NCBI RefSeq assembly: GCF_009914755.1
Contig: NC_060929.1
Length of the DNA stretch: 64,000 nt
Reading direction: 5' to 3' (one strand)
From: the human T2T-CHM13v2.0 reference genome, Homo sapiens
Position 1 is the stretch's first letter, and every line of letters begins with the position of its first letter. The notes beneath the pieces were generated by a model. That model was given only the letters and a program-made list of their open reading frames with translations. It was not told the origin of the DNA and did no database searches. Position numbers and translations under genes: made by a program. Shown here piece by piece: positions 14,445-26,303 of this stretch.

Positions 14445-16154
14445 ATGGAATTCCTTCATTGGTTTGGGGTTTCTAGAGTTGGCTACTTAATATGATTAGA
14501 CCAAAAATGCTAATGACTCTACTTCTAATAGTATGGAGAATATTGATAAGTCCTTGGCATGAACTCTTTAGAGAGTTATGCAAAATAAATGCATTTGACA
14601 CTCCTGATTCATCACTCATGACAGGCAAGGAGCTTAGTGACTCTATACATAATACCTTTGACCACATGTGGAGAACCAAGGAACAAAGCTGGTTGGTTGC
14701 TCCTAAGTTCAGTGGACAAAGTGTTGAAAGAAAATGATGAACTCAGGGATTCTATCTCCTGGCTTCAGAAGCAGATACTGAGCCTCAAATCTGCTAAGGT
14801 TGCCCTGAGTAAAAGTCTTATCTTACTCTTTTGTGGAAAAACAGACACAAGCTCTTGTCATGCTAGTTGCTGACCTGCAACGAAAGGTACATGCACAGCC
14901 TCACCAGGTGTCTACTGTTAAAGTGAGAGCACTGATTGGCAAAGAATGGGGCCCTGCAACTTGGAATAGGGACATGTGGGAGGACCCTGATGAAGCTGGG
15001 GACACTGAGTTTATAAATTCTGATGAAACATTTTAGCCAGAAAAAAAAACAGCATCCCCATCCCCAGTAGTGGCAATATCCCCTCCCCGACCCATGTTGC
15101 AGTCAGCCTTTCCACCTTTGTCTGAGGAGATAACCTCTGCACTATCTGAGGCAACAGTGATGGTCTCCTCTGAGGCAGTTGTCAGGCAAGATAATGTTGA
15201 TTCTCCTCAGGAGCTGCCCCCAACACCTCTGTTTGCTTCTAGACCTATAACTAGACTAAAGTCCCAGCAGGCCCCTAGAGGTGAGGTTGAGAGTGTGACC
15301 CATGAAGCAGTGTGCTACAATAGAGTTTTCTAATTTATATCAACAGAAATCTGGAGAATAGACATGGGAATGCATATTAAGGGTGTGGGATAAGGGTAGA
15401 AGGAACATACAGTTAGATCAGGCTGAATTTATTGATTTGGGCCCACTTAGTAGGGACTCTGCATTTAATGTTGCAGCTCAGGGAGTTAAAAAAGATTCTA
15501 ATAGTTTATTTGCTTGGTTAGCTGAAATATAGATTAAAAGATGGCCTACTGTGAGCAAGCTGGAAATTCCTGGTCTCTCGATTTAATGTAGAGGAAGGGA
15601 ATCCAAAGGCTTAGGGAGATTGGGATGGTGTAGTATATTAGTCACTTTAGACCTACTCATCCCAGCTGAGAGGGTCCAGAAGATATACCCTTAACCAATG
15701 TTTGTGAAATAGATTTGTGAGGGCAGCACCTGTATCTTTGAAGAGCCCTGTCATTGCTCTTCTCTGTATGCCAGATCTAACAGTGAGAACTACAGTCACT
15801 CAACTAAAAAATTTAAATACAATGGGAATAATTGGATCCCAAGGTGGCAGGAGCAAAGTGGCTGCATTCAACCATCAAAGGCATGGTGAGTGTAGCTACT
15901 GTAATGGACAGCAGAGGCAAAACAGCAATCAGAATAGTCTGACTGGTGGAGAGCTCTGGCACTGGCTAATTAATTATGTTCCTGGAAGTGAAATTGAAAG
16001 AAAGCCTACTGCATTCCTACTTAATTTATACAAGCAGAAAATTTCTAGGTCGTATGGACAAAACACTAATTTAAATTATAAAGACAGAGAAGCACAGCTC
16101 CTCAATCAATTTTCAGGCTTGAGCCAGTTTATACACCCAGAACACCTTGAATGA
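14445..16154 (+). pseudogene. gag: HERV-L gag remnant (multiple stops and frameshifts)
   Basis: Fragment ORFs such as SPWHELFRELCKINAFD, VKVRALIGKEWGPATWN and VRAAPVSLKSPVIALLC match ERV-L Gag. Confidence 0.8.
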
Positions 16155-19100
16155 AGGGGAGGCCAGGTCCCCTTGAGGAAGGACCCCACTACATTACTAA
16201 CAATGTATGCAGTGAATCTTTCTTCCATCCTTCCCCAAGGAGATCTCTGGCCTTTTACCAGGGTAACTGCATTGGGGAAAGAGAAATGATAAGACATTTT
16301 GAGGAGTACTGGACACTGGTTCTGAGCTGATGTTGACTCCAGGAGACCCAAAACGTTACCATCATCCTCCAGTTAAAATAGGGGCTTATGTAAGTCAGGT
16401 AATTAATGGAGTCTTAGCTCAGGTGCAACTTACAGTGGGTCCAGTGGGTCATTTCCCCAGTGCCAGAATGCATAATTGGCATAGAGATACTTAGCAACTG
16501 GCAGAACCCCCACATTGGCTCTCTGACTGGTAGGGTGAGGGCTATTATGATAGGAAAGACCAAATGGAAGCCATTAGAGCTGCCTCTACCCAGAAAAAGA
16601 GTAAGTCAAAAATAATGTTGCATCCCTGGAGGGACTGCAGAGATTAGTGCCACCATCAAGGACTTTAAAGACCCATGGGTAGTGATTCCCACCATGTCCC
16701 TGTTCAACTCTCCCATTTGGCCTGTGCAGTGGACACATGGATCTTGGAGAGTGACAGTGTATTATTGTAAGCTTAACCAAGTGGTGACTCCAATTGCACC
16801 TGCTGTACCAGATGTGGTTGCATTGCTTGAGCAAATTAATACATCTCCTGGTACCTGGTATGCAGCCATTGACTTGGCAAATGCCTTTTTCTCCATTCTG
16901 GTCAATAAGGCCCACCAAAAGCCATTTGCCTTCAGCTAGCAAGGCCAGAAATATACCTTTACTGTCCTACCTCAGGAATATATCAACTCTTCAGCTTTGG
17001 GTCATAATCTTATTAAGAAAGACCTTGATTGCCTTTTGCTTCAGCAAGATATCACACTGGACCATTACATTGATGACATTATGCTGAATGGATCCAGTGG
17101 GCAAGAAGCAGCAAACACACTGGACTTATTAGTGAGGCATTTGCATGCCAAAGGATGGGAAATAAATACGACTAAAATTCAGGGATCTTCTACCTCGGTT
17201 AAATTACTAGGGGTCCAGTGATGTGAAACCTGTCAAGATATTCCTTCTAAGGTGAAGGATAAGTTGCTGCATTTGGCCCCTCGTACAACCAAGAAAGAGG
17301 CACAATGCTTAGTGTGCCTATTTGGATTTTGGAGGCAACACATTCCTCATTTGGGTGTGTTACTCCAGCCTATTTATTGACCGACCTGAAAGGCTGCCAG
17401 TTTTGGATATGGTCCAAAAGAGGAGAAGGCTGTGCAATGGGCCCATGCTGCTGTGCAAGCTGCTCTGCCACTTGGGCCATATGACCCAATAAATCCAATG
17501 GTGACTAAGGTGTCAATGGCAGATAGGGATGCTGTTTGGAGCCTTTGGCAGGCCAGCACAGGTGAATCACAGCAAAGGCCTCTAGGATTTTGGAGCAAGG
17601 CCCTACTATCTTCTGCAGATAACTATTCTCTTTTTGAGAGATAGCTCTTGGCTTGTTACCGGGCTTTGGTGAAAACTGAACATTTGACTAACATCATCAA
17701 GTCAGCATATAACCTGAAATGCCTATCATGAACTGAGTGTTTTCTTATCTATCTAGCCATAAAGTAGGTTATGCACAGCAGCATTCTGTCATCAAAGGGA
17801 AGTGTTATATACATGATCAGTCTCGAGCAGGTCCTGAAAGCACAAGTAAGTTACATGAGGAAGTGGCTCAAATGCCCATGGCCTCTACCCCTGCCACCCT
17901 GCCTCTTCTCCCCAAGACTGCACTAATAGCCTCATGAGGAGTTCCCTATGATCAGTTGACAAAGGAAGAGAAGACTAGGGCCTGGTTCACAGATGGTTCT
18001 GTACGATATGCAGACACCACGCAAAAATGGACAGCTGCAGCACTACCACCCCTTTCTAGGACATCCCTGAAGGACAGTGGTGAAGGGAAATCTTCCCAGT
18101 GGGCAGAACTTCAAGCAGTGCACCTGGTTGTGCACTTTGAACGGGAGGAGAAATGGCCAGATTTGTGATTATATACTGATTCATGGGCTGTAGCCAATGG
18201 TTTGGCTGGATTGTCAGGGACTTGGAAGAAACATGAGTGGAAAATTAGTGACAAAGAAATTTGGGGAAGGGGTACAAGGATGGACCTTTCTGAGTGGTCA
18301 AAAACTGTGAAGATATTTGTATCCCATGTGAGTGCTCACCAATGGGTGACCTCAGTGGAGGAGGATTTTATTAATCAACTCGATATGATGACGCGTTCTG
18401 TGGACATCTCTCAGCCTCTTTCTCCAGCCACTCCTGTCATCGCCCAATGGGCCCATGAACAAAGTGGCCATGGTGGCAGGGATGGAGATTACACATGGGC
18501 TCAGTAACATGGACTTCCATTCACCAAGACTGACCTGGCTGTGGCCACTGCTGAGTGCCCAATTTGCCAGGAGCAGACTGAGCCCTCAATATGGCACCAT
18601 TCCTTGGGGTGATCAGCAAGCTACCTGGTGGCAGGTTGATTATATTGGACCCCTTCCATCATGGAAAGGGCAGAGGTTTGTCCTCACTGGAATATACACT
18701 TACTTTAGATATGGGTTTGCCTATCCTGCATGCAAAGTTTCTGCCAAGACTGCCATCCATGGACTCACGGAATGCATTATCCACTGTCACGGTATTCCAC
18801 ACAGCATTGCCTCTAACCAAGGCACTCACTTTATGGCTAAAGCAGTGCAGCAGTGGGCTCATGCTCATGGAATTCACTGGTCTTACCATGTTCCCCATCA
18901 TCTGGAAGCAGCTGGATTGATAGAACAGTGGAATGGCCTTTTGAAGTCACAATTACAATACCAATTAGGTGACAATACTTTGTAGGGCTGGGGCAAAGTT
19001 CTCCAGAAGGCCATGTATGCTCTGAATCAGCACCCAATATATGGTACTGTTTCTCCCCTAGCCAGGATTTATGGGTCCAGGAATCAAGGGGTGGAAGTGG

Positions 19101-19196
19101 AAGTGGCACCACTCACCATCACCCCTAGTGATCCATAGCAACTTTTGCTTCCTGTTCCCACAACCTTAAGTTCTGCTGGCCTAGAAGTCTTAGTTG
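16155..19196 (+). pseudogene. pol: HERV-L pro-pol remnant (PR, RT, RNase H, IN)
   Basis: LDTGS at ~16309; FNSPIWPV; AIDLANAFF; YIDD at 17066-17077; WFTDGS..SSQWAEL; WQVDYIGPLP..HIAS(N)QGTHF..AAGLIEQWNGLLK; in-frame stops throughout. Confidence 0.92.
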
Positions 19197-19646
19197 TAAG
19201 GAAGGAGATCACCTCTCCTGTTGTCTCATGCCTCAGATAAAGAAAAGAGGAGCAAAAACTAAGGAAAGGTAGAAATAAGATCAATAGTTAGACAGCTCCC
19301 AGACACTCCCCAGGACTGGTAGTTTAAAATCAACCCCGACCTAACCACTTGTATTATCTATAGATTCCAGACATTGTATAAGGAAACATTGTGAAACTTT
19401 CTGTTCTGTTCTGTCCTGATTACCGATGCATACAGCCCCAGGCATGTACTCCATGCTTGTTCAATCGATCACGACCCTTTCACGTGGACCCGCTTAGAGT
19501 TGTAAGCCCTTAAAAGGATCAGGAATTTCTCTCTCAGGGAGCTCAGCCCTGAAGACACAAGTCAGCCGACACTCCCGACCAAATAAAGCCACTTCCTTCT
19601 ATATTTCGGTGTCTGAGGTGTTTTGTCTGTGACTCGTCCTGCTACA
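19197..19646 (+). mobile_element. 5' LTR2-family LTR
   Basis: About 90% identical by manual comparison to 24306-24761; AATAAA near the 3' end. Confidence 0.88.
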
Positions 19647-19651
19647 TTTCT

Positions 19652-19669
19652 TGGTTCCCTGACCGGGAA
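19652..19669 (+). promoter_or_regulatory. Primer binding site, tRNA-Glu
   Basis: TGGTTCCCTGACCGGGAA, complementary to the tRNA-Glu 3' end. Confidence 0.92.
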
Positions 19670-20189
19670 GTGAGGTGGTTGACGGGCAATCAAGGAAGCC
19701 ACTTAGGTGGCTTAGGCCTGCCCTGCAGAGCATCCCTGTGGGGGACTCCGGCCAGCTTGAGCGACGCGGATCCTGAAAGTGCTCCCAGGTAGGCATTTGC
19801 CCCAGTGGAACGCCTCGTCAGAGCAGTGCATGGCAAGCCCCTGCGTGAGATCGACGCAGTGGCTGAACACTGGGAAGGAACTGGCTTTTGGAGTCCGGAC
19901 ATCTGAAACATGGTAAGACCGGTCTTAGGAACTTGCCTACTCCATTTGAGTGGAAGTGTGGCCTGATCACCCACGGTGTGCCTTTATTGGCACTTTGGTT
20001 TTGGTTTTGATTTTGACTTGGCTTGAATTGCTTGGCAAACAGGCATGCCTTTATCAACACTTTGGCTTAGGTTTTAATTTTGATTTAGTGTGAATTAGAC
20101 GAATGAGTGACCTTTTACCCTTTCCTTCTTGTAGTATGAGTGTTGTTTTGTCTCAAGAAAAAAACAAAATAAAATAAATAAGAAAAAAG

Positions 20190-21030
20190 TCATCAGAACA
20201 TCCAAAACTTCCTCTGTTAAAGTGCATGTTACAGAACCTTAAAAAAGGTTTTGCAGGGGATTATAGAGTTAAGTTAACCCCCCAGAGGTTGAGAACTCTC
20301 TGTGGATGTAAATTAAAATTGCCCTCTTTTGATGTTGGATGGCCGACCGAAAGAACTATAGACAGGGAACAATTGGCCATGTATTTAAGGTGGTGACAGG
20401 GGTCAGAGGACAGCCAGTGTACCCAGACCAAATTCCTTTATATTGACTCATAGTTAAATATAGTATGATAAAACTGGCATAGATCCAGCCCTGTTTAACA
20501 GCTTATTGCAAAAAAGGCCAAAAGTAAAAGTGAGAGCAGCTTTGACAGCAGACAGAGTTAAAAGAGGAAATCCCAGAAACAGCAAGAGAAACCTGTTTTG
20601 CAGGAGCCGCCAGAGGTAACAGAAATTCTTCCTCCATATGTCCCAGCCTACCCACTCTTTACTGAGGTCAACAGCCCCCCAGGAACCAGGTTCAGGAGCT
20701 AACATGCCCCAGGTCTCACCTCGAAGGGGAGGAGCAGAGCCTTGAGAGGCCATGGAAGGAAGTCAAGATAGTCAAATGGGCACTCTCAAATCTGGCCATG
20801 CTCAAGCTATGCAAATCCCCCTGAGGGAGCAGTGATATACTGGGGTAGATGAGGAAGGGCATATGGTAGAAAGGCATGCCTTTGTGTATCAACTTTTCAC
20901 CTCTGCTGATCTCCAATTGGAAGAACAATACCCCATCTTATACTGAAAAGCCTTAAGCCTTAATTAATTTGCTCCAAACTATTATCCAGACTCATAACCC
21001 TACTTAGGCTGATTGCCACCAGCTGCTCAC
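20190..21030 (+). pseudogene. gag: Gammaretroviral gag remnant (MA to N-terminal CA)
   Basis: LKCMLQNLKKGFAGDY..KLTP, VGWPTE, NWKNNTPSYTEKP..THNPT*ADCHQLL. Confidence 0.8.
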
Positions 21031-23750
21031 GTACTGAGGACAGCTGGTTCACCTGCCTAGACCTGAAGAATGCCTTCTTTAGCATCAGACTAGCTTCTGA
21101 GAGCCAGAAGCTGTTTGCTTTTCAGTGGGAAGATCTGGGGTCAGGTGTCACCACTCAGTACACTTGGATCCAGCTTCCCCAAGGGTTCAAGAACTCCTCC
21201 ACTATCTTCAGGGAGGCCCTGGCTTGAGACCTGCAAAAGTTTCCTGCCAGAGACTTAGGCTGCGTGTTGCTCCAGTACTTCAATGACCTCCTGCTGGGAT
21301 ACCCCACGGCAGTTGGGTGTGCCAAAGGAACAGATGCCCTGCTCTGGCACCTGGATGACTGTGGGTATAAGGTGTCCAAGAAGAAAGCTCAGATCTGCAG
21401 ACAGTAGGTACACCACCTAGGATTTACTATCCGATGGGGAGAGTGCAGCCTAGGATCAGGAAAAAAAAAAAAAAAAAAAAAGGTCATTTGTAACCTACTG
21501 GAGCCTAAGACCAGAAGGCAGGTGAGAGAATTCTTAGGAGATGTGAGGTTCTGCATGTTCTGGATCCCAAATTTTGCAGTACTGGCCAAACCTCTGTACC
21601 AAGTCACAAATGTGGGCAACACAGAACCTTTCAAATGGGGTTCCCAACAACAATAGGCTTTTCATAAGTTCAAAGAAAAGCTCATGTCGGCCCCAGCCCT
21701 ATGGCTACCTGACCTAACAAAGCCATTTACATTGTATGTGTCAGAAAGAGACAAAAATAGCAGTCGGAGTTTTAACCCAAGATGTAGGGCCTGGCCAAGG
21801 CCAGTGGCCTACCTCTCTAAATAGCTAGACTGAGTTTCTAAAGGTTGGCCCCCGTGTTTGAGGGCCTTAGCAGCAACTTCCCTGCTAGCACAAGAAGCAG
21901 ATAAACTGACTCTTGGCCAAAACCTGAACATAAAAGCCCCCCATGCTGTGGTGACTTTAATGAATACCAAAGGACATCATTGGCTGACAAATGCCAGACC
22001 AACCAAGTACCAAAGCCTGCTTTGTAAAAATCTCCGCGTAACCATTGAAGTTTGTAACACCCGGAACCCTGCCACCTTGCTCCCAGTGTCAGAGGGCCCT
22101 GTCAAGCACAACTGTGTTAAAGTGTTAGACTAGGTTTACTCTAGCAGACCTGGCTTCCAGGACCAGCCTTGGGCATCAGTGGACTAGAAGCTGTATGTGG
22201 ATGGGAGCAGCTTCGTCAACCCACAAGGAGAGAGATGTGCAGCATATGCAGTGGTAAACCTGGACACTGTCACTGAAGCCAAATCGTTGCCCCAGAGTAC
22301 TTCAGCCCAAAAAGATGAATTCATTTCTTTAATTCAGTCTTTAGAACTAAGTAAAGGTAAGACTATGAATATCTACACTGACTCTTGGTACATGGGGCAT
22401 TATACAAGGAAAAAGGCTTGTTAAACTCTGGAGGAAAAGACATGAAACATCAGCAAGAGATCTCGCAACTACTAAAAGCAGTGTGGAAGCCCCAAAAGGT
22501 GACAGTTATACACTGCAGGGGACACCAGTGAGCTTCCACTATGGTTGCTTTAGGGAACTCCTGGGCTGACTCAGATGCTTGGAAAGCTGCATCCACCCTC
22601 CACCAGGTGTCAGTAACAGCCCCCCTTCTCTCACAGGCCCCTGACCTTGTACCTACTTATTCTAAGAAAAGGAATTTTTCCAGACAAAAGGGGGACAAAT
22701 AATAGAAGAGGGGTAGATCCAGTTACCAGATGGAAGGATAGCCGTGCCACAACTGCTAGGAGCTGCAGTTGTACTGGCTGTGCATGAGACCACCCACCTA
22801 GGCCAAAAGTCACTTAAAAAGTTGTTACACCAGTACTTCTACATCTCACATTTATCAGCCCTTGCCAAAATAGTGGCACAGTGATGTATTACCTGCTGGC
22901 AGCACAATGCGAGGCAGGGTCCAGCCTGGCATACAAGCTTATGGAGCAGCCCCCTTTAAAGACCTCCAGGTAGACTTCACAGAAATGCCAAAGTGTAGTA
23001 ACAAGTATTTACTAGTTATTGTGTGTACCTACTCTGGGTGGGTGGAGGCTTATCCAACACAGAGAAAGCTCGTGAAGTAATCTGTGTGCTTCTCCGAGAT
23101 CTTATTCCTAGATTTAGACTGCCCTTACAAATCAGCTCAGTTAACGGGCCAGCGTTTGTAGCTGACTTGGTACAGAAAACAGCAAAGGCATTAAGGATCA
23201 CATAGAAACTGCATGCTGCCTACCAGCCGCAAAGTTCAGGAAAAGGTAAAAACGCGTAAACCGGACACTCAAGCAGCTACTGAAGAAATATTGCCAGGAA
23301 ATTCATTTAAAATAAAATCAAGTTTTTGCCTATGGCCCTCCTCTGAGTCAGATGCAACCCCACCAAACAAATTAGGTATTTGCCCTATAAGATTTTGTTC
23401 AGTCGGCCACCCCCAAATCATAGTTATCCCAAATTAAAGGTAACCTCCAGGAACTAGAGGAATTCACCTTAAAAATGCAAATGCACGTTCTAAGAATAAC
23501 CATACAACGTGTTCATAATTAAGAACATAAAAATGCCTATAAGCCTGACACTCCTTTAAATCCGGTGACTCTGTTTAGGTTAAAAAGTAAAATTTAATTT
23601 CTCCAGCATCCATATAGGATAGGCCCTATACTGTAATCTTGTCCACTCCCAATGCTGTTAAAGTTGCAGGTGTTACGTCTTGGATCCACCACAGTCAGCT
23701 AACACCGGCAGCTCAGGACAAGTGAACCAGCCAGCAGGACCCAGATCATC
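21031..23750 (+). pseudogene. pol: Gammaretroviral pol remnant (5'-truncated RT, RNase H, IN)
   Basis: WFTCLDLKNAFF, LPQGFKNS, catalytic motif mutated to YFND (21276-21287), YVDGSS, NIYTDS, QVDFTEMP, degenerate GPY/F motif. Confidence 0.9.
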
Positions 23751-23764
23751 CACTCCCAGCTGAA

Positions 23765-24280
23765 TAAAGCTGTCTCAAAAATAATCACTAATAAAACTGG
23801 CAGAGCTTTAACCATTTTAGCCCGGCAAGAAACCCAAATGAAAAATGCCATCTATCAGAATAGATTGGCCCTAAACTTTTACTAGCAGCTGAAAAAGTAA
23901 TCTGTAGAAAATTCAACCTAACCAATTGCTGTCTACACATAGATGATCAAGGGCAAGTAGTCAAAAATATAGTTAGAGACATAACAAAGCTGACACATGT
24001 GCCATTGCAGGTTTGGCATGGGTTTAACCCTGGGTCCCTGTCTGAAAAATGGTTCCCATCTCTAGGAGGATTTAGGACTTTAATAATAGGCATACTAATA
24101 GTGTTAAGAACCTGTCTATTGCTTCCTTGCTTGCTGCCCATATTTCTCCAACTGACAAAAAGTTGTATTACCACTGTAGTTCATCAGAAAACCTCGGTAC
24201 AAATGTATTACATGAATCATTATCAATCTGTTTTGCAGGAAGACCTACTCAGTGAAGATGAGAGTGAGAACTCCCACTAA
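23765..24280 (+). pseudogene. env: env TM-subunit remnant (SU deleted)
   Basis: [29 protein letters not shown] (ISD, frameshifted), CRKFNLTNCC, TM anchor LIIGILIVLRTCLLLPCLLP, tail ..EDESENSH*. Confidence 0.88.
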
Positions 24281-24305
24281 TAAGTGAGATTCTCAAAGGG
24301 TGGAA

Positions 24306-24761
24306 TAAGGAAGGAGACCACCTCTCCTATTGTCTCATGCCTCAGAAAAAGAAAAGAGGAAGCAGAAGCTAAAGAAAGGCAGAAATAAGATCAATAGTTA
24401 GATAGCTCCCAGCCGCTCCCCAGGCCTGGTAATTAAAAATCAACCCTGACTTAACCACTTGTATTACCTACAGATTCCAGACATTGTATAAGGAAGCACT
24501 GTGAAACTTTCTGTTCTGTTCTGTTCTGTCCTGATTACCAATGCATGCAGCCCCAGGCACGTACCCCATGCTTGCTCAATCGATCATGACCCTTTCACGT
24601 GGACCCCCTTAGAGTTGTAAGCCCTTAAAAGGGGCAGGAATTTCTCTATCAGGGAGCTGGGCCCTTAAGATGCAAGTCTGCCAATGCTCTCAGCCGAATA
24701 AAGCCACTTCCTTCTATATTTCAGTGTCTGAGGTGTTTTGTCTGTGGCTCATCCTGCTACA
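24306..24761 (+). mobile_element. 3' LTR2-family LTR
   Basis: Direct repeat of 19197-19646, following the PPT. Confidence 0.88.
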
Positions 24762-25000
24762 GTTCCAGAAGGAGGAACACTGTCACCAGGAGACACAACA
24801 ACAATTCCATTAAACTGGAAGCTAAGATTGCCACCTGGACACTTCAGGGTACTCCTAAATTTAAGTCAACAGGCTAAGAAGGGAGTTACAGTGTTAGCTG
24901 GTGTGATTGACTTGGACTACCAAGATGAAATCAGTCTACAGAGGTAAGGAAGAGCATGCATGGAATACAGGACATCTGCTAGGGTATCTCTTAGTATTAT
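24762..25000 (+). pseudogene. dut: HERV-L dUTPase remnant isolated between two insertions
   Basis: VPEGGTLSPGDTTTIPLNWKLRLPPGHF..GVTVLAGVIDLDYQDEI (dUTPase motif 3), downstream of IN as expected for HERV-L. Confidence 0.85.
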
Positions 25001-26299
25001 TGTTTCTGGAATTGGTGGGTTCTTGGTCTCACTGACTTCAAGAATGAAGCTGCGGACCCTCGCAGTGAGTGTTATAGCTCTTAAGACAGCACGTCTGGAG
25101 TTGTTCGTTCCTCCTGGTGGGCTCGTGGCCTCGCTGGGATCAGGAGTGAAGCTGCAGATCTTCGCAGTGAGTGTTACAGCTCACAAAAGCAGCGTGGACC
25201 CAAAGAGTGAGCAGTAGCAAGATTTATTGCAAAGAGCGAAAGAACAAAGCTTCCACAGTGTGGAAGGGGACCCGACCGGGTTGCCAATGCTGGCTCGGGC
25301 AGCCTGCTTTTATTCTCTTATCTGGCCCCACCCACATCCTGCTGATTGGTAGAGCCAAGTGGCCTGTTTTGTCAGGGCGCTGATTGGTGTGTTTACAATC
25401 CCTGAGCTAGATACAAAGGTTCTCCACGTCCCCATCAGATTAGTTAGATACAGAGTTTCCACACACAGGTTCTCCAAGGCCCCACCAGAGCAGCTAGATA
25501 CAGAGTGTCGATTGGTGCATTCACAAACCTTGAGCTAAACACAGGGTGCTGATTGGTGTGTTTACAAACCTTGAGCTAGATACAGAGTGCCGATTGGTGT
25601 ATTTACAATCCCTGAGCTAGACATAAAGACTCTCCATGTCCCCACCAGACTCAGGAGCCCAGCTGGCTTCACCTAGTGGATCCCACACCGGGGCTGCAGG
25701 TGGAGCTGCCTGCCAGTCCCCCGCGGTGCGCTCGCACTCCTCAGCCCTTGGGTGGTCAATGGGACTGGGCGCTGTGGAGCAGGGGGTGGTGCTCGTCGGG
25801 GAGGCTCAGGCGGCACAGGAGCCCACGGAGGGGATGGGAGGCTCAGGCATGGTGAGCTGCAGGTCCCAAGCCCTGCCCCGCGGGAAGGCAGCTAAGGCCC
25901 GGCGAGAAATCGAGCGCAGCGCTGGTGGGCCAGCACTGCTGGGGGACCCAGTACACCCTCCGCAGCCACTGGCCTGGGTGCTAAGTCCCTCATTGCCCTG
26001 GCCAGCAGGGCCGCCCGGCTGCTCCGAGTGCGGGGCCCGCTGAGCCCATGCCCACCTGGAACTCCAGCTGGCCCGCAAGCTCCGCATGCAGCCCCGGTTC
26101 CCGCTCGCGCCTCTCCCTCCACACCTCCCTGTAAGCTGAGGGAGTGGGCTCCAGCCTTGGCCAGCCCAGAAAGGGGCTCCCACAGTGCAGTGGGGGTGCT
26201 GAAGGGCTCCTCAAATGCCACCAAAGTGGGAGCCCAGGCAGGGGAGGTGCCGAGAGCAAGCGAGGGCTCTGAGGACTGCCAGCATGCTGTCACTTCTCA
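25001..26299 (-). mobile_element. LTR12C-like solo LTR (ERV9)
   Basis: Reverse complement starts TGAGAAGTGACAGCATGCTGGCAGTCCTCAGAGCC and ends GAGACCAAGAACCCACCAATTCCAGAAACA; perfect TSD TTAT at 24997-25000 and 26300-26303. Confidence 0.93.
25300..25640 (-). promoter_or_regulatory. LTR12 U3 enhancer/promoter repeats (CCAAT and GATA motifs) with AATAAA-type TATA box
   Basis: ~40-bp units GCTAGATACAGAGTG.CGATTGGTG.ATT.ACAA; CTTTTATTCTC at ~25307-25317. Confidence 0.7.
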
Positions 26300-26303
26300 T
26301 TAT

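Larger units (their letters stand above)
19197..24761 (+). mobile_element. HERV-E/Harlequin-like provirus (LTR2-family LTRs), internally deleted
   Basis: LTRs 19197-19646 and 24306-24761 (TAAGGAAGGAGA..CCTGCTACA); Glu PBS; PPT AAAGGGTGGAA; TSD GTTG/GTTC; HERV-L sequence resumes exactly after it. Confidence 0.9.

Noticed and set aside
14445-16154. Domesticated ERV-L gag (Fv1-like restriction factor)
   Set aside because: Gag is broken into many short frames by stops and frameshifts.
18455-18985. 176-aa integrase-containing ORF as a functional gene
   Set aside because: The N-terminus is out-of-frame sequence, the second catalytic Asp reads Asn (IASNQG), and there is a premature stop.
24738-24947. 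Chimeric LTR2-dUTPase ORF (69 aa)
   Set aside because: TTG start inside LTR U5, truncated before the remaining dUTPase motifs; not a credible enzyme.
25340-25640. Regularly spaced ~40-bp repeats resembling a CRISPR array
   Set aside because: These are LTR12 U3 tandem enhancer repeats with no unique spacers, in primate DNA.
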